Shown piece by piece: positions 42,301 through 55,763 of a stretch of DNA of 64,000 nt. This stretch comes from Octopus bimaculoides (taxonomy: Eukaryota): the NCBI RefSeq assembly GCF_001194135.2, contig NC_068981.1, forward strand, positions 41,477,317-41,541,316, read 5' to 3'. The notes under the pieces are model-generated. The model was not told the DNA's origin. It did no database searches and worked only from the letters and a program-made list of their open reading frames with translations. Position numbers and translations under genes: made by a program. Numbering within the stretch: the stretch's first letter is position 1; every line of letters starts with the position of its first letter.

Positions 42301-45300
42301 GCTTGTGTAACCTAATACATTAAGGTATTTTCTCATCAAAATATGTGCTGAGAACTTAGTCTATTCAAGACAAACAAGTAAAAGAAAAACATAAGATTAA
42401 AAAAATAAAAGAAATGCAAATAATTCAACAACTTTTGCAATGTAAAATACAATACAAATACAACAAACAAGAATATTTGTCTAAGAGACAATGAAAGAAA
42501 TCATAAGAAACTATACCTATATCTTTTCTCAGGTGCTTAGAGCACAGTTTTGCAATTAATTTAATTAGTTACCAGCATACGTACTGTTATACAAATTAGA
42601 ATCTCCAGTTTGCTGATATGATAATATTTGATGAACTTATTATTGAGACTATAGTAGAAGACATTTGCTCAAAATGCCACTCAGTGGAAGTGAACCTGAA
42701 ACCACATGGATATGAAGCAAGTTTGTTAAACAAACAGTCATGCATGGCTACAGTGCTACAAAGATTAAATATATTACCTGGCCTTTATGTTCAGCAGAAA
42801 AAGAAGGATTTCCAGTCTTCAATTCAAGGGGCACTACTTTCCTTTTTAAATTGTGTGTCTGTTGTTAGATAATAATATATAATTTAAATATTAGTTGCAG
42901 AAAGAGTATCTGAATTTTCAGTATTATCCTGACACTCCACCAGAATAAAGATTATATAAAGACAGAAAGAAAATATACTTTTAAAGTTGAGTACAAGATA
43001 AGAGAGACAGCAAGAAAATAGACCAACAATTTGGAATGAATAGCAATCGCAACAAAGTCATGCCGATGCTGGACTTTGCTGGTTCTAGTAACATCCAGTA
43101 GTTTCTAGTTCTGAGCTTTGAACAAACTTATGAATGCTTCAGAATATGTTTCGGAATATTTCTAATATGTATGAGTACAGTAATATTGGTCTCAAATTTT
43201 GGCACAAGGCCAGCAAGCTCAAGAGAAGAGGTAAGCCAATTACATCAATGCCCCCGAAAGATGAAAGGCAAAGTTGACCTCGGTGGAATTTGAACTGAGG
43301 AAGTAAAGACAGATGAAATGGCGCTAAGCATTTTGCTTACATTACAAAGTGTTTCAATATGGGGATGGAAACCAATTAATTGCCATGAACCAGCTCATTT
43401 TTTAACATTTACATCATAAATATATAGTGAAAGCAGGAAATGTTTCAACAAGTTGAGTTATGCTGACCATATAGCTAAGTGTTCAAGTTTTCTTTACTTA
43501 TAGCCTTTGTTCCAGCGCCAGGTTAGTCTGAAAACACAGAAATCAATGTGATCACAGGTGTTCCAGCTGTAACAATATACTTTTCATGCACAGTGATCCC
43601 AGATATATTATATCTAGAATTACACTGTCCACTGCATCTTTTAATACGGCATGGTGATTTAGCTGCTATTGTTTTCAAGGCACATAACTCTATTAGAGTT
43701 CAATTATTCTGCCAACAGGTTTATGCAATTAACACTAATGTCATCTGTAAATATAAAAAAAAACTGACACAAGAAAACAAAACCCACCTTTGCTTGCTTG
43801 AAAATGCATGCATTTAAGACTTGACTTAGATCTGTCATGAACCTTAGAACTCATAAGGCTAGAGCCTAACACAGTTTCTCTAGCATATAAGTGTCAGATT
43901 ATAATACACCCCTTAAACAAGATGCTGGTTCATCACAGGGTTAACTGCCCAGCTAATTCTGGAACTCATTTACAGCCGAGTGGACTGGAGCAATCTGAAA
44001 TAAATTGTTTTGCTCAAGAGTACAATGCAATGCCCAATCTGGGAATCAACAATTTTACAATTGTGAATGCAACAGTCTAATCACTAGGTCACACACCTTC
44101 AAAAAATGCAAGCCAAAAAGAAAAAAATAAGAGGTATGTGTTTAAATAATATAAAAAAATTTATATTACATATGTATATGTTTATCTATGTAGTATAGAA
44201 AGGTTAATAAATATTTAACAAAACACCTATAACTATTTTAACTTACTTTGATTTCCACAGTGAGATCAATTTTTCCTTTCAAACCAAACCTACAGAGAAA
44301 AAAATTGTAAAGTTCAGAAATAATCTTTTACAGGTTTTGGTCATAAGATTGTGGCCATGCTGGAGCACTGCTACTGTTAGTTTAAGTTAATTATATTGAC
44401 CTCAGTACTTTGTCGGTTAATTATTTTATCATCCTAGGAGGACAAAAGACAGAGTCAACTGGACATAAAGAGACATAACTAAAATGGATTGGAACCATCA
44501 TTTTAACATCCACTATTCCATACTTGCACAGATCAGGTATTTATTGAGGCAGTCTTTCAACATCCAGATGCCCTTCCAGTCACCAACCCATAGCTATTTC
44601 CAAACTAGGTAATATTTCCCCATGGCCAGACATGTTTCTGCAGAATATTGAGCGTGGCCGTTGCCAGTACCGCCTGACTGGCTCCCGTAGGATTTTCGAG
44701 CGAGATCGTTGCCAGTGCCCCTGGACTGGCTTGTGCGGGTGGCACATAAAAGACACCATTTCGAGCGTGGCCGTTTTCGTGCGGGTGACACGTAAAAGCA
44801 CCCACTACACTCTCTGAGTGGTTGGTGTTAGGAAGGGCATCCAGCTGTAGAAACTGCCAAATCAGACTGGAGCCTGGTGTTGCCATCCGGTTTCACCAGT
44901 CCTCAGTCAAATCGTCCAACCCATGCTAGCATGGAAAGCAGACGTTAAACGATGATGATGATGATGATGATGAATGACACTGCTTGTATGTCAGTGACAC
45001 TCATTTACAATTAACATGCAATATCAAGATACACACACACACACAGAATGGGCTTCTTTCAGTTTCTATCTATCAAATCCACTCACAGGATCTGGGTAGA
45101 CCAGGTCTGTAGTGGAAGACATTTGCTCAAGATGCCATGCTGTGGAACTGAAACCATTTGGCTGGGAAGCAAATTTCTTAATCATACAGCAATGTCTGCA
45201 CCTATAATATTGTAAGATATTGTCATTTGGCTCACCAATTTTGTGATTCTATTCTGATACACATTATATAAACTCATCATCAGTGTCCTTTCTGCTGTTT

Positions 45301-48300
45301 ACTTAACCATTATCCATATTGGCATAGGGTTAAGCAAGTTAGGGGTCCAAGTCAGATCTTACTTGGATACTGCCCTCTTAGACAGGTCAGAGACAACATC
45401 CCACTAGCATGTTCCATTTCCACCAATACATATCTGACAGATTTCTACACTGTTTCTGTCTCCCAAATTTCACTGACAAGGCTATAGTAGAAGATGCTTT
45501 CTTAAGATGTTGCATAGAGCTTTCAAGCCTCTAAACCATGCAGATTGTCTGTGTCTATTATTAAGTAACTTAAAGAAATTACCAATTTTCCAAAGAAATA
45601 CTCCCCAAAATTTTCAGCCTGTGACTGATTTTTAGTTATATTAGCTTAATTTTTCATAAGAGACATCATCATCCTCCTAATAAACACTTTCTTTGTACTG
45701 GTGAATTATTTAAAGTTTAGTCACAGGAGGAAGAGCAGTGCCTATTGAATTTTTCAGGGCCTCCAAAACTGACAATGGTGGAAGAACAAAGAAATTGTCC
45801 TCATACTGAAGACATGTTCTTTGCATTTAGCAATGTTATAAATCAGTGAAGCTAAGGCTGTATTGCCTTAACGAAAATGCTTTTTAGGTATATTAAATAT
45901 TCATATGAAATAATTGAATATTTGAACAATTTCTTATCTTAATTAGATATCTTGATTAAGTAGTGAAAAAGGTAGATTTTTGATTTTTGACAGAGAATGT
46001 ATGTAGCATATCTTTTCTCCACAATTCTGACTGGTTATCTTTTAAATATAAAGATTTTTATTTCTTTGGGCACAAAGGAAGAGTTCATAGCCAATTGAAG
46101 CAATCACAGTAAACTACTGACACATATAAGAGGTGGTATCAAAAAGTTCCTGGACTGGTTCTGTAGTGTGCCAACAGATGGCAGTACATGGATATGTGCA
46201 GTGAGTGCTAGCAGTGACCATCATGAGGCAGTGTGTCAAGTGACACTGCTGTGTGAAATGCATTTTTGTGATCACATGTATGCTGTAATCTACAATTTTT
46301 GTCATGAACAGGAAGTTTGAACAAAGTGTCAACATGAAATTTTGCATTAAACTTGGGAAGTCTGCTACAGAGACATTGAACATGCTTCGGCAAGCTTATG
46401 AAGAGGCAATGGGTCATATGCAATGTTTCGAGTGGCATGGGCACATGACAGAGCCACAGCCCAATCAAGAGTATACTCATCATTTCTTCAACATCTGTGG
46501 TATTGTGCATCAAGAATTCGCCCCCACCCCTGGACCAGATCGTCATTCAAGAGTTCTACTGTGACGTTTTGAAGCGTTTGAGGGAGGACAGTTGGCAAAA
46601 GCGACTGGATCTTTGGAGCGTGAAGAATTGGATTCTTTATGACTACACTGAGCTCTCCTCACTTGTGAGTTTCTCACCAAAAACATGGTATCGCTTCCAC
46701 ACCCACCCTAGTTGCCAGATTTAGCACTTGCAGGCTTCCATCTCTTCCCCAAGATGAAAATGCAGCTCAAAGGTTGCCGTTTTAATACTATTGTCAAGAT
46801 CAAGAGTGAATCACAGAAGGTCCTCAACTTGTTCACAGATAATGGCTTCCAGGCTGGATTTAAAAAGTGGCAGGAATGCTGGGACCAGTGTATTGCTGTA
46901 CAAAGTGACTATTTTGAAGGAGATGATGTTAAAACTTAAGTAAATAAGTTATTTTTTATTAAACATAACTAGACCAGGAACATGTTGATACCACCTCATA
47001 TTAAGAAGGAATCCCACAAAAATGAAAAAAAGGACTCCAATAGGATTTGACTGCCATTGCCACCACCTAACATCTGCCTGAGTTGGAGAGTTCAACAGAA
47101 TGCAACAAGTCAGAGGACTACAGTGTTCAAAAGCTAGATTTCAACAGCTAGATACCCTTCTTGATGCCAACCATATTACAGATTGTACTGGATGTTTTTT
47201 TCTGTAATACCAACACTAGTACAGTCACTTCGCAACTAGTGAAACTGAAGAACCTATAGTAACCTCTAAAACTGAAAGAGAATGAGAGAGAGAGTTTGAT
47301 TTTAAGCAAGGTTATGAAAGAGAGTAATGTATAAGAGGAACAGATTTATAGTGTGAGAGGTTGGTAGTGGAAAGTTACAAAGTAGATGAAGATGATGATG
47401 AGTTATCCTTTATTATGTTATTTAAAAAAAAAAATCAATTCATTTAAAAAATGAAAAGAAGGAAAACTGGAAGAAATACAATGTAAAGTGAAGGAGAGAG
47501 GCAAGAAATGATAACATGATCCATAAAGTATTATTCCAAGGTAGCTTAGCCAAACTTACCTGGGTGACCAAATATTTTCTTCAATATCACAGACAGACGT
47601 AACTATAGTTCTACTGACATCACTACCACTGAATTAAAAGATACACAGATAAATAGCATTACAAAATGATAGGGACAAATTTCAAAATCAGATCCATTAT
47701 TTATATGAGTCTGTATTGACTATTTTTTTTATTGCATTTACATCTGAATAAAAAGATGAATTTTCAAACTCAGCATTAACTGATACTCTATTAATAGCTT
47801 TCATTTTTTTTATGGTTCATAGAGTAATTCTCATTACTATATTCCCAAACAAAACTGTCAAGCCACAACAATGATAGGTCTATTTTTTTCAATGGAAAGA
47901 GCATTGGTAGTGATCATTCATATGTGTTTGTACATAAATGTGAGGATGGTCAAACATCAGATTCTCTATATACAATAACATCTAGTCTGTTATACAATTG
48001 TGTATGTACAGCAGGGCTTGACTAATGAAATAATACATATTTGATACAACATTTTCTTTATTAACCACCAAGAGTTCACAAAAGCATAAGGGATAGTTGT
48101 AACATGTTGCTAACAACACATGCTTGGTATATAAGTTGTTTGGTAATTGTATCATCTATGCTATTACCAATATATTTATTACTTAAACATATCAATGCAA
48201 ATAGCTCACCAAGAGATTTTAAAACATAAATGATGCTTTACTGAGAAAACAAAGATTCAATGATATTAATTTGTCGTCAACATCATTACAGCAATCTTCT

Positions 48301-49299
48301 ACTTCAATTTAAACTGAATATACAATTCTTACCTCTGTTGCTTCATAAAATCTGTATGATGCTCAATCCATTTCACAATATTTGGAATATATTTTAAAAC
48401 TGCTGCCAGCACCACAGATTCATCAGTACCAAGACCATAACTAGAAAAAAACAAAAGAAGCAACAATCATTTACAGAAACAAGGTTGAGTTCTATAATAA
48501 AATGTGGTTGTTCTTCAATACTGCTTCTATTTTCTCTTGCTTGCACATTTTTTTAAACCCTTTAGCATTTAAACCACCTATATCTGGCCCAGATATTCTA
48601 CCATGGACAACGGACATTAAATGATGATAATGAACTTTACTCCACAACTCTGTTCATAATATTCATATATATATTTCAAGTATATTCATAATACTTATAT
48701 ATATTTCAAGCATTACGTTTATCTACTACTTGAAGCCAAGCATTTTAGAATGAGCCTAATTTAGATCTAACTTATATAATTTATAGTCTGAACTGCTAAT
48801 TGCAATTAAACCTTTAAAATTATTAAACAGAATTTTGATAATTTCCAACAAAGCATAAGGCCACACACTGAGGTGGAAGAGCACAGCCTCTTATAACTAC
48901 ACCAATATTGCACCAGTTCTTATTTTACTGACCCACTAGTAGATGAGAGGACAAGTTGGCTTAGGTGGGATTGAAAATCAAAAGGCAAAGAGGTGTAACT
49001 AAACACTACATGGCATTTTGTCTGCTACTCTGCTAACCAGTCTTTAAAAAGGATTGGTTAATACTCATCTCAGAAAGGTTAAAAAGATAAACACAAACAT
49101 ATGGTTATAGTTCAGTATATAACTGGCCTAAGTTCAATCATTTATATACTCAATAAAGTCTATGAGTTTAAACACGCTCATATGTCTTCGAAAGAAGAAA
49201 ATCTAGATTTTTTCTTAAGCATATCAACTTATCCAAACTCATGAACTCTACTGTACAATACAAAAGAACCACCACAGGTTTCCCTGAACCCAGTTTTTT

Positions 49300-49343
<44 letters not shown>

Positions 49344-52300
49344 NNNNNNNNNNNNNNNNNNNNNNNNNNATGCTGTATCATATTTTCTAGATTAATAACA
49401 GGCATTTTATAACTTTAATCCCAATATTTATGAAAATGTCTAGATTTTTAAAAAATAGTAAAATAGATGTTGGGAATTACTACCGCAAGGATATAAGTAG
49501 AAGCTTCAAACAGTATAAATTCTTACATTTCATGTAGAATATATTTCCTTTTCATAATTGATTTGGTTAATAATATAATTTCCTTTTCTTTGAAAATTTT
49601 ATTTCTTAAAACCTGGAGAAAATAAAAGGTATAACTCAAAAAAAAAAAAAAATTATGGCATATAAAAATAAAGAAATAGCAGACAGTTTATATATGAACA
49701 TAAAAGATTCTTGTAGAGTATATTGCTGTAAATTATTTCAAGGAAGAATAAGTCTAACACAGATTTCCAAAATTCTTTTCATATATATATATATACATAC
49801 ATAGTCAATATTTCGCTACATGTAATCAGACTCCAAAGAATAAACAAAGATGATCATTAGTTAAAAAGTTCATCCTGGACTTTTCAGACTTGTAGTAGAT
49901 AGTTGAAATTTAATTTGAACATTTGTAAAAGTGGGTAGGAAGGAGATGTATTAGATGGAACACAGCTTGTTAGTTTAGAAGTAAAGTAATGTTGTAGTAA
50001 AGGTAAAAACACAGAGGGAGATATTATAGTGTATTGGTGTGCTTGTGGTTGTCGTGTATGATGGTTTACCAATCAGTCACATGGCCTTCGTTAAATACAG
50101 TATAGAAAGTTTGCACATATAAAAGTTGTGCCTTCCCAGATATGTGAACAGCAATCTATTGCAGGGCCCATTTCAACCTTGTTGAGGATCAGCAGGTGTT
50201 CAAAGCTGCAATGTCTTCTAGCATACAAAACAACTAGACTTTAGTATGTTATGGGTATATTAAAGGTGTGGTTACCACATGAGAGATCATCAGACTTTGT
50301 GGAGCAAAGCATTAATAAAGCATGCAAAAATTTTAGTTGTGTTGATCATGAGTGAAGCAGGTGTTGTGCTATGGATAGGGTGCTAAAAGGCACAGGCATG
50401 ACTATGGTTAAGAAGTTCACTCCCCAACCATATAGCTTTGGATTCAATCCCACTGCATGACAGCTTGAGCAAGTGTCAGGGGAGCCTCTATATGGTTTGC
50501 AGCTTGTTAGAAATAGCAGCCAAATCTCCTCATACCATATTCAATATTTAAATTATAAAAAACAAAAAAAATCATTGGATAATGTAGTCTTAGATAAAAT
50601 AAAATAGAATGTTCACTGTTGGAGTGCCTTTGATCATTAGTCTATTTGATATGAGCTGACCTGGGACCTATCAACAAAACTCAGATTTCCCATTATCGTA
50701 AAAAAATGATGGGTGATGGGTCTAACTGAGGATGTCTCATTCCATATATACCTTTCACATGCATTTCTAAAAGTTTCATATTTCTTCAATTCTAATTCTA
50801 TTTTCCCTTCAAAGTTACAAATTCATTCAGATCCTGCAGTAATATACCCATTTCTCATTGAACTTCTTCCAAAAGCATATTCTAAACAACATATTTTCCC
50901 TTATAAAATCAATAAATCTAGCCTCGAGTCAGATAACCTTCAGCCTTCTGGAAGAATGCATTAAAAACCTGTTTACATTTTATTTCTTTCTTTAACACTT
51001 AAAATTATATTTTCATAATAAATGTGCCTTTCAAACACAACTTTTATTGCTTAATCTAGCCAATAAAAGTCTGTATTTCAAACGGCAATAGTTTTTTTTT
51101 ATTATTATGATTAACAGATTCTAAAGCTAGAGTGTTCTAGAAATATTTAGAAAGCTCACTTCATAGACATTCCAATTCTGAAGCTGACAAGAGTTTTAAA
51201 AAATATCAACTGTACTACATTTAACTGCCTCTTTTCTTGCTGTTTTTTACAAGTTGACTAAAAAAATAGATTACTATTATCGACTCGTGAAAAGAAATTT
51301 ATACATCATCATCATCTTTTAACACCTGCCTTTCCATGCTTGCATGGGTTAGATGCAATTCATTGCAACAGATGTCAATCTTGTTGCCAGCCTTCAGGTA
51401 ATATTTTCCTATGGTAGGGTAGTGGACTGGCAGAATTGACAGCATGTCAGGCAAAATGCTTAGTGGCATTTCGTCTTGTCTTTACATTCTGAGTTTGAAT
51501 TCCACCAGGGTCGATAAAATCAGTACCAGTTGAATACTGCGGTCAATGTAATCGACCTACTCCCTTCCCTGAAATTGCTCGCCTTGTGCCAAAATTTGAA
51601 ACCAACATTTCCTTCATGGTGGATATGCTTATATGGAACACTGAAATGAAAGACACCACTTGTACAAGTGATGCTCATTTACAAAAATCACACAATGTCC
51701 AAACAACACACACACACACATGTATTAACACAGTGGGCTTCTTTCAGTTTCCATAAACCAAATCCATTCAAAAGGTTTCAATTGGTCCAGGGCTCTAGTG
51801 GAAGACACTTGGGCAAGTGTCTGGAAAGTAAACATTTTAACTATACAGCCATGTCTGCACTTTTATTCAAGTAATTAGAAGCAGTGTGTAATCATAGAAA
51901 ATAGTAAACCCTTTTCTTCAACTGAATTATTTCTATTTCCTTAGTCAAACTCTGTCCCAGATACTGTTGAAATAGTAATTTTTACACAATTCTCTCTCTT
52001 TATTTTCATTACAAACTGAAACCACCATTGTTTCTTCTAAATATTACAAGTAATGTTTTGAAGCATTAGGTATTTTCTTCATCCATCTCTGACTTATTCA
52101 TGAAGCAAAGAAACATACAAAACAATCTAAAGTATACAATACAATGAAAGAAAATTAGTGAATAAAATGCTATATTGAAAGACAAAGCACTAACCTCTTG
52201 TAAAAGACAATGCACAATACTCCCATATAACATATGCAAGTTTCCTTTGTCAATTCCCTGCAAATAAATATAAATATATTTATCAAAATAAAACTAATTT

Positions 52301-55300
52301 TTCACCAAAGTCACTCTAAAACAAACTGTCTCATTTTAAAGTTATTCAATCAAAACTACTATAGTAACTACTCCCAAGAGGTCACATGCTCATAGATGTT
52401 CAATTATTTATTTCTCAATACATGTGTGTGTGTGTGTGTGTGTGTGTATTGCATATGCAAATTAGTGTTTATAATGTTTAATATCATTTTTCATTAGAAA
52501 TTTTAATAGTTTATTCATTCACAATTTAACTTGCTTGTCTCAAAATTACTCCTAATTAAATATAATATAAAATACTTATACATGTAACTTTCTATCACAG
52601 CTGACTGTGAAATAAAAGCAAAACTTGTTTTTTATCAGATAGAGTTATATATCTTATTCAGGTGTTCTTTAGTGAATTGAAAATTTGAACTTCTGATCAT
52701 GCCATCCTCCCATTACTCTCATCATCATCATCATCATTTAACGTCCACTTTCCATGCTAGCATGGGTTGGACGATTTGACTGAGGACTGGTGAAACTGGA
52801 TGGCAACACCAGGCTCCACTCTATTTTCTATATTTTCCAAAAATTTCAATTAACTGATTTCATTAGTTATATTCCTTGCTTTATTTTTGTAGACTTTGAG
52901 CACTTTCACAGGAATTGTTTTTTACTAATTGCATAGTTAATGAAAGCATTTTTAAAAAATCTCTCTACATACGAGACACAACTATATAATAAATCATGTG
53001 GCTTACTGATCCAGCATTTTAATTTCCTATTATTCATTCATAGACACATATGTGTATCTGTACATGCATGCATAAATCATTTAAAGGACAAAAGAAATAT
53101 AGTAAATAAAATACTAACTCTGAACCTCTCATTCAAAACTGCTCTGAAATAGAAATAAAAAAGATTTTTAAATAACATAACTATAAAGAGGAAAAAATTC
53201 ATTTCAGTGCATAGAAATAAGAGCAAAATACAACAATCAGTATATTTTGAATTCAAAATCTAGAATTTCTCCATTCTGAGCAGTTATTCTATTGACATTT
53301 TGGTCATTGTATTCTCATATAAATAATGAAATTAAGAATATTTTTATCGATGTTCAGGCAACTCTGATTGAGTACACATACATCTAAAGGTATAACCAGC
53401 TCATTCTTTTCAAATATAGTATATTTACGACCACATTAATTGTGCCTTTCTCTCATTGCCTCTTCCAAAGTATCAGTTGATCTACTCTGCTACAAGTACT
53501 TTCCACAGCATTTTTGACACACAGTAGGTGTCTTCTGTAGGTTTAGTATTATATAATCATAACAGTGTTTACTGCTCCTTCACACATTAGCCGATACCTT
53601 TATTGCTAATACATTCTTAATTTTTCATGCAAGCCAATGTTACATTTCCAATGGCTCATAGCAGTTTCATTTCCCTGAAGCCTCAACACACCTTCCACAT
53701 TAAATGCTCACATCTCATCATGCAGCATCACACTCTTTATCCAAATGCTTCATAAAGTATAGTCTTTACAGTAACTAATCATTTATATAATATAAACTAT
53801 CTTCTATAACTAAGAAATCATTTGACTAATTCATGGACTTCATTTCACTGCTGCCTATTTCTGTACAGGTAGCACAACTCAAGTTTTCATTTTGATATCC
53901 TGACAGAGGTAACACTGCATATGCTCTATAAAAATCATTTGTACTGAGTACATAGAATTATAGTAACGAACAGATGACTAACTATATAACTTACCTTTCC
54001 TGAAAAAACAACCTAAACTACAGCATAATATGTCACTCTAAGGCTTTAAATCTATTTAAATATATATAAATATGATGACACAATATGTATAAACAATGTT
54101 TCATGATAGGCTATTCTTTAAAATTTGCCATTACTGAAACAGAAAAGGTATCTTGCTAACATATTTTTTCAGATTGTATATTACATGTGAGAGCTATTTG
54201 CTCTGCAAGTTAGTTTGGCCATACCTGATGTAGATAGTTAATTAAAATATGAAGTATGGGAATATTAAAAAGAATAGCCATAATGGGTTCTATCAAATAA
54301 CAAAAACAGTCAAGATAATTGATACTTACTTTCTCATACAAAACAAAGATGACACGACAGTTGTGCTAGAGACCAAAAAGTCAGGATTAATGACAAGTAA
54401 CCCTGTTTCATCAGTTATGTGATAAACACCAGCTGAATCAATGCTGGCATCAAGAACATGGACAATATCACCTACAGCAGCATAGCTATAACACCTGGTA
54501 AAATACAATGCCATTAGAGATACTAAATTAGACACTGATATTGTAGTTTAAAAAATATTAATAATTTACTTTGAAGGTAATTATTTGAAAAAAAGATTGA
54601 ATTTATAATCCAGGCAATTGCAGATATATATATATATATATATATTATAGCCAAAGTTTTGTTTAATTGTTAATATTTAATAGAAATTTTGATCAATAAT
54701 AAATATTTAATAGGAATTAATATATTACAAACTTCACTACTGATTTTCAAATTATGTGTGAAAGTACGCTCAAGTTTGAGATTTTTTGATATTGTTTTAT
54801 TAAATGAGAAATCAAAGGATGACTGAAATCGATTGGAATTGAACCAAGAGCTTGTTTATTAACTGATGCGAATGTGTTAAGCCCTATCATGTCAGCATCA
54901 ACAAATGAGACACATAATAATTACCATATGTAACAATTGCAGCTATAAATATATTATCTAATCAGCATCATCATGTGATATATATATATATGTCCTACCC
55001 ATGCCAGCATCGAAAATAGATGTATAATGATGATGGTGTGCGTGTGTATGCTTGTGTCTTCTTGTCTTGACATCACCTTATAGTTGTAAATCAGTGTCAG
55101 TCATACAAGCAGTGTCATTCATTACCAATATTCTACAAAAACAAGTCTGGGCATGTAGAAATATTACATTGTTTGGAAACAGGTAAGGGTTGACAACAGG
55201 AAGGGCATTTGTTTATAAAAAATCTGTCTCCATAAATGTATGACCCATACAACCATGGAAAAGTGGACACTAAAAGTGTGTGTGTGTGCGCGTGTGCATG

Positions 55301-55714
55301 TTACTGTCTCCTTGCCTTGACTTCATGTGATAGTTGTAAAATGAGTATCACCATCAGGCAAGTAGTAACCTTCATTTCTAATCTTCTGTGAAAACATCTG
55401 CTCGTGATAAAATATTAGCTTACTTGGAAACATGTGGGAGTTGGTAACAGGAGGGGCATGCAGCTTTATAAAATCCTCCTCAACAAATTCTATCTGACCA
55501 ACTCAAGCATGGAAAGGCAGACATTAAAACAATGATTATATATATATATATATATATATATNNNNNNNNNNGTGGCTGTGTGGTAAGTAGCTTGCTTACC
55601 AACCACATGCTTCTGGGTTCAGTCCCACTGCGTGACACCTTGGGCAAGTGTCTTCTACTATAGCCACGGACCGACCAAAGCCTTGAGTGGATATGGTAGA
55701 CAGAAACTGAAAGA

Positions 55715-55763
<49 letters not shown>

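Noticed and set aside
55572-55660. tRNA-like sequence (also at 13613 and similar heads)
   Set aside because: These are SINE heads continuing into repeat cores; no complete cloverleaf is evident, so they were not called tRNA genes.
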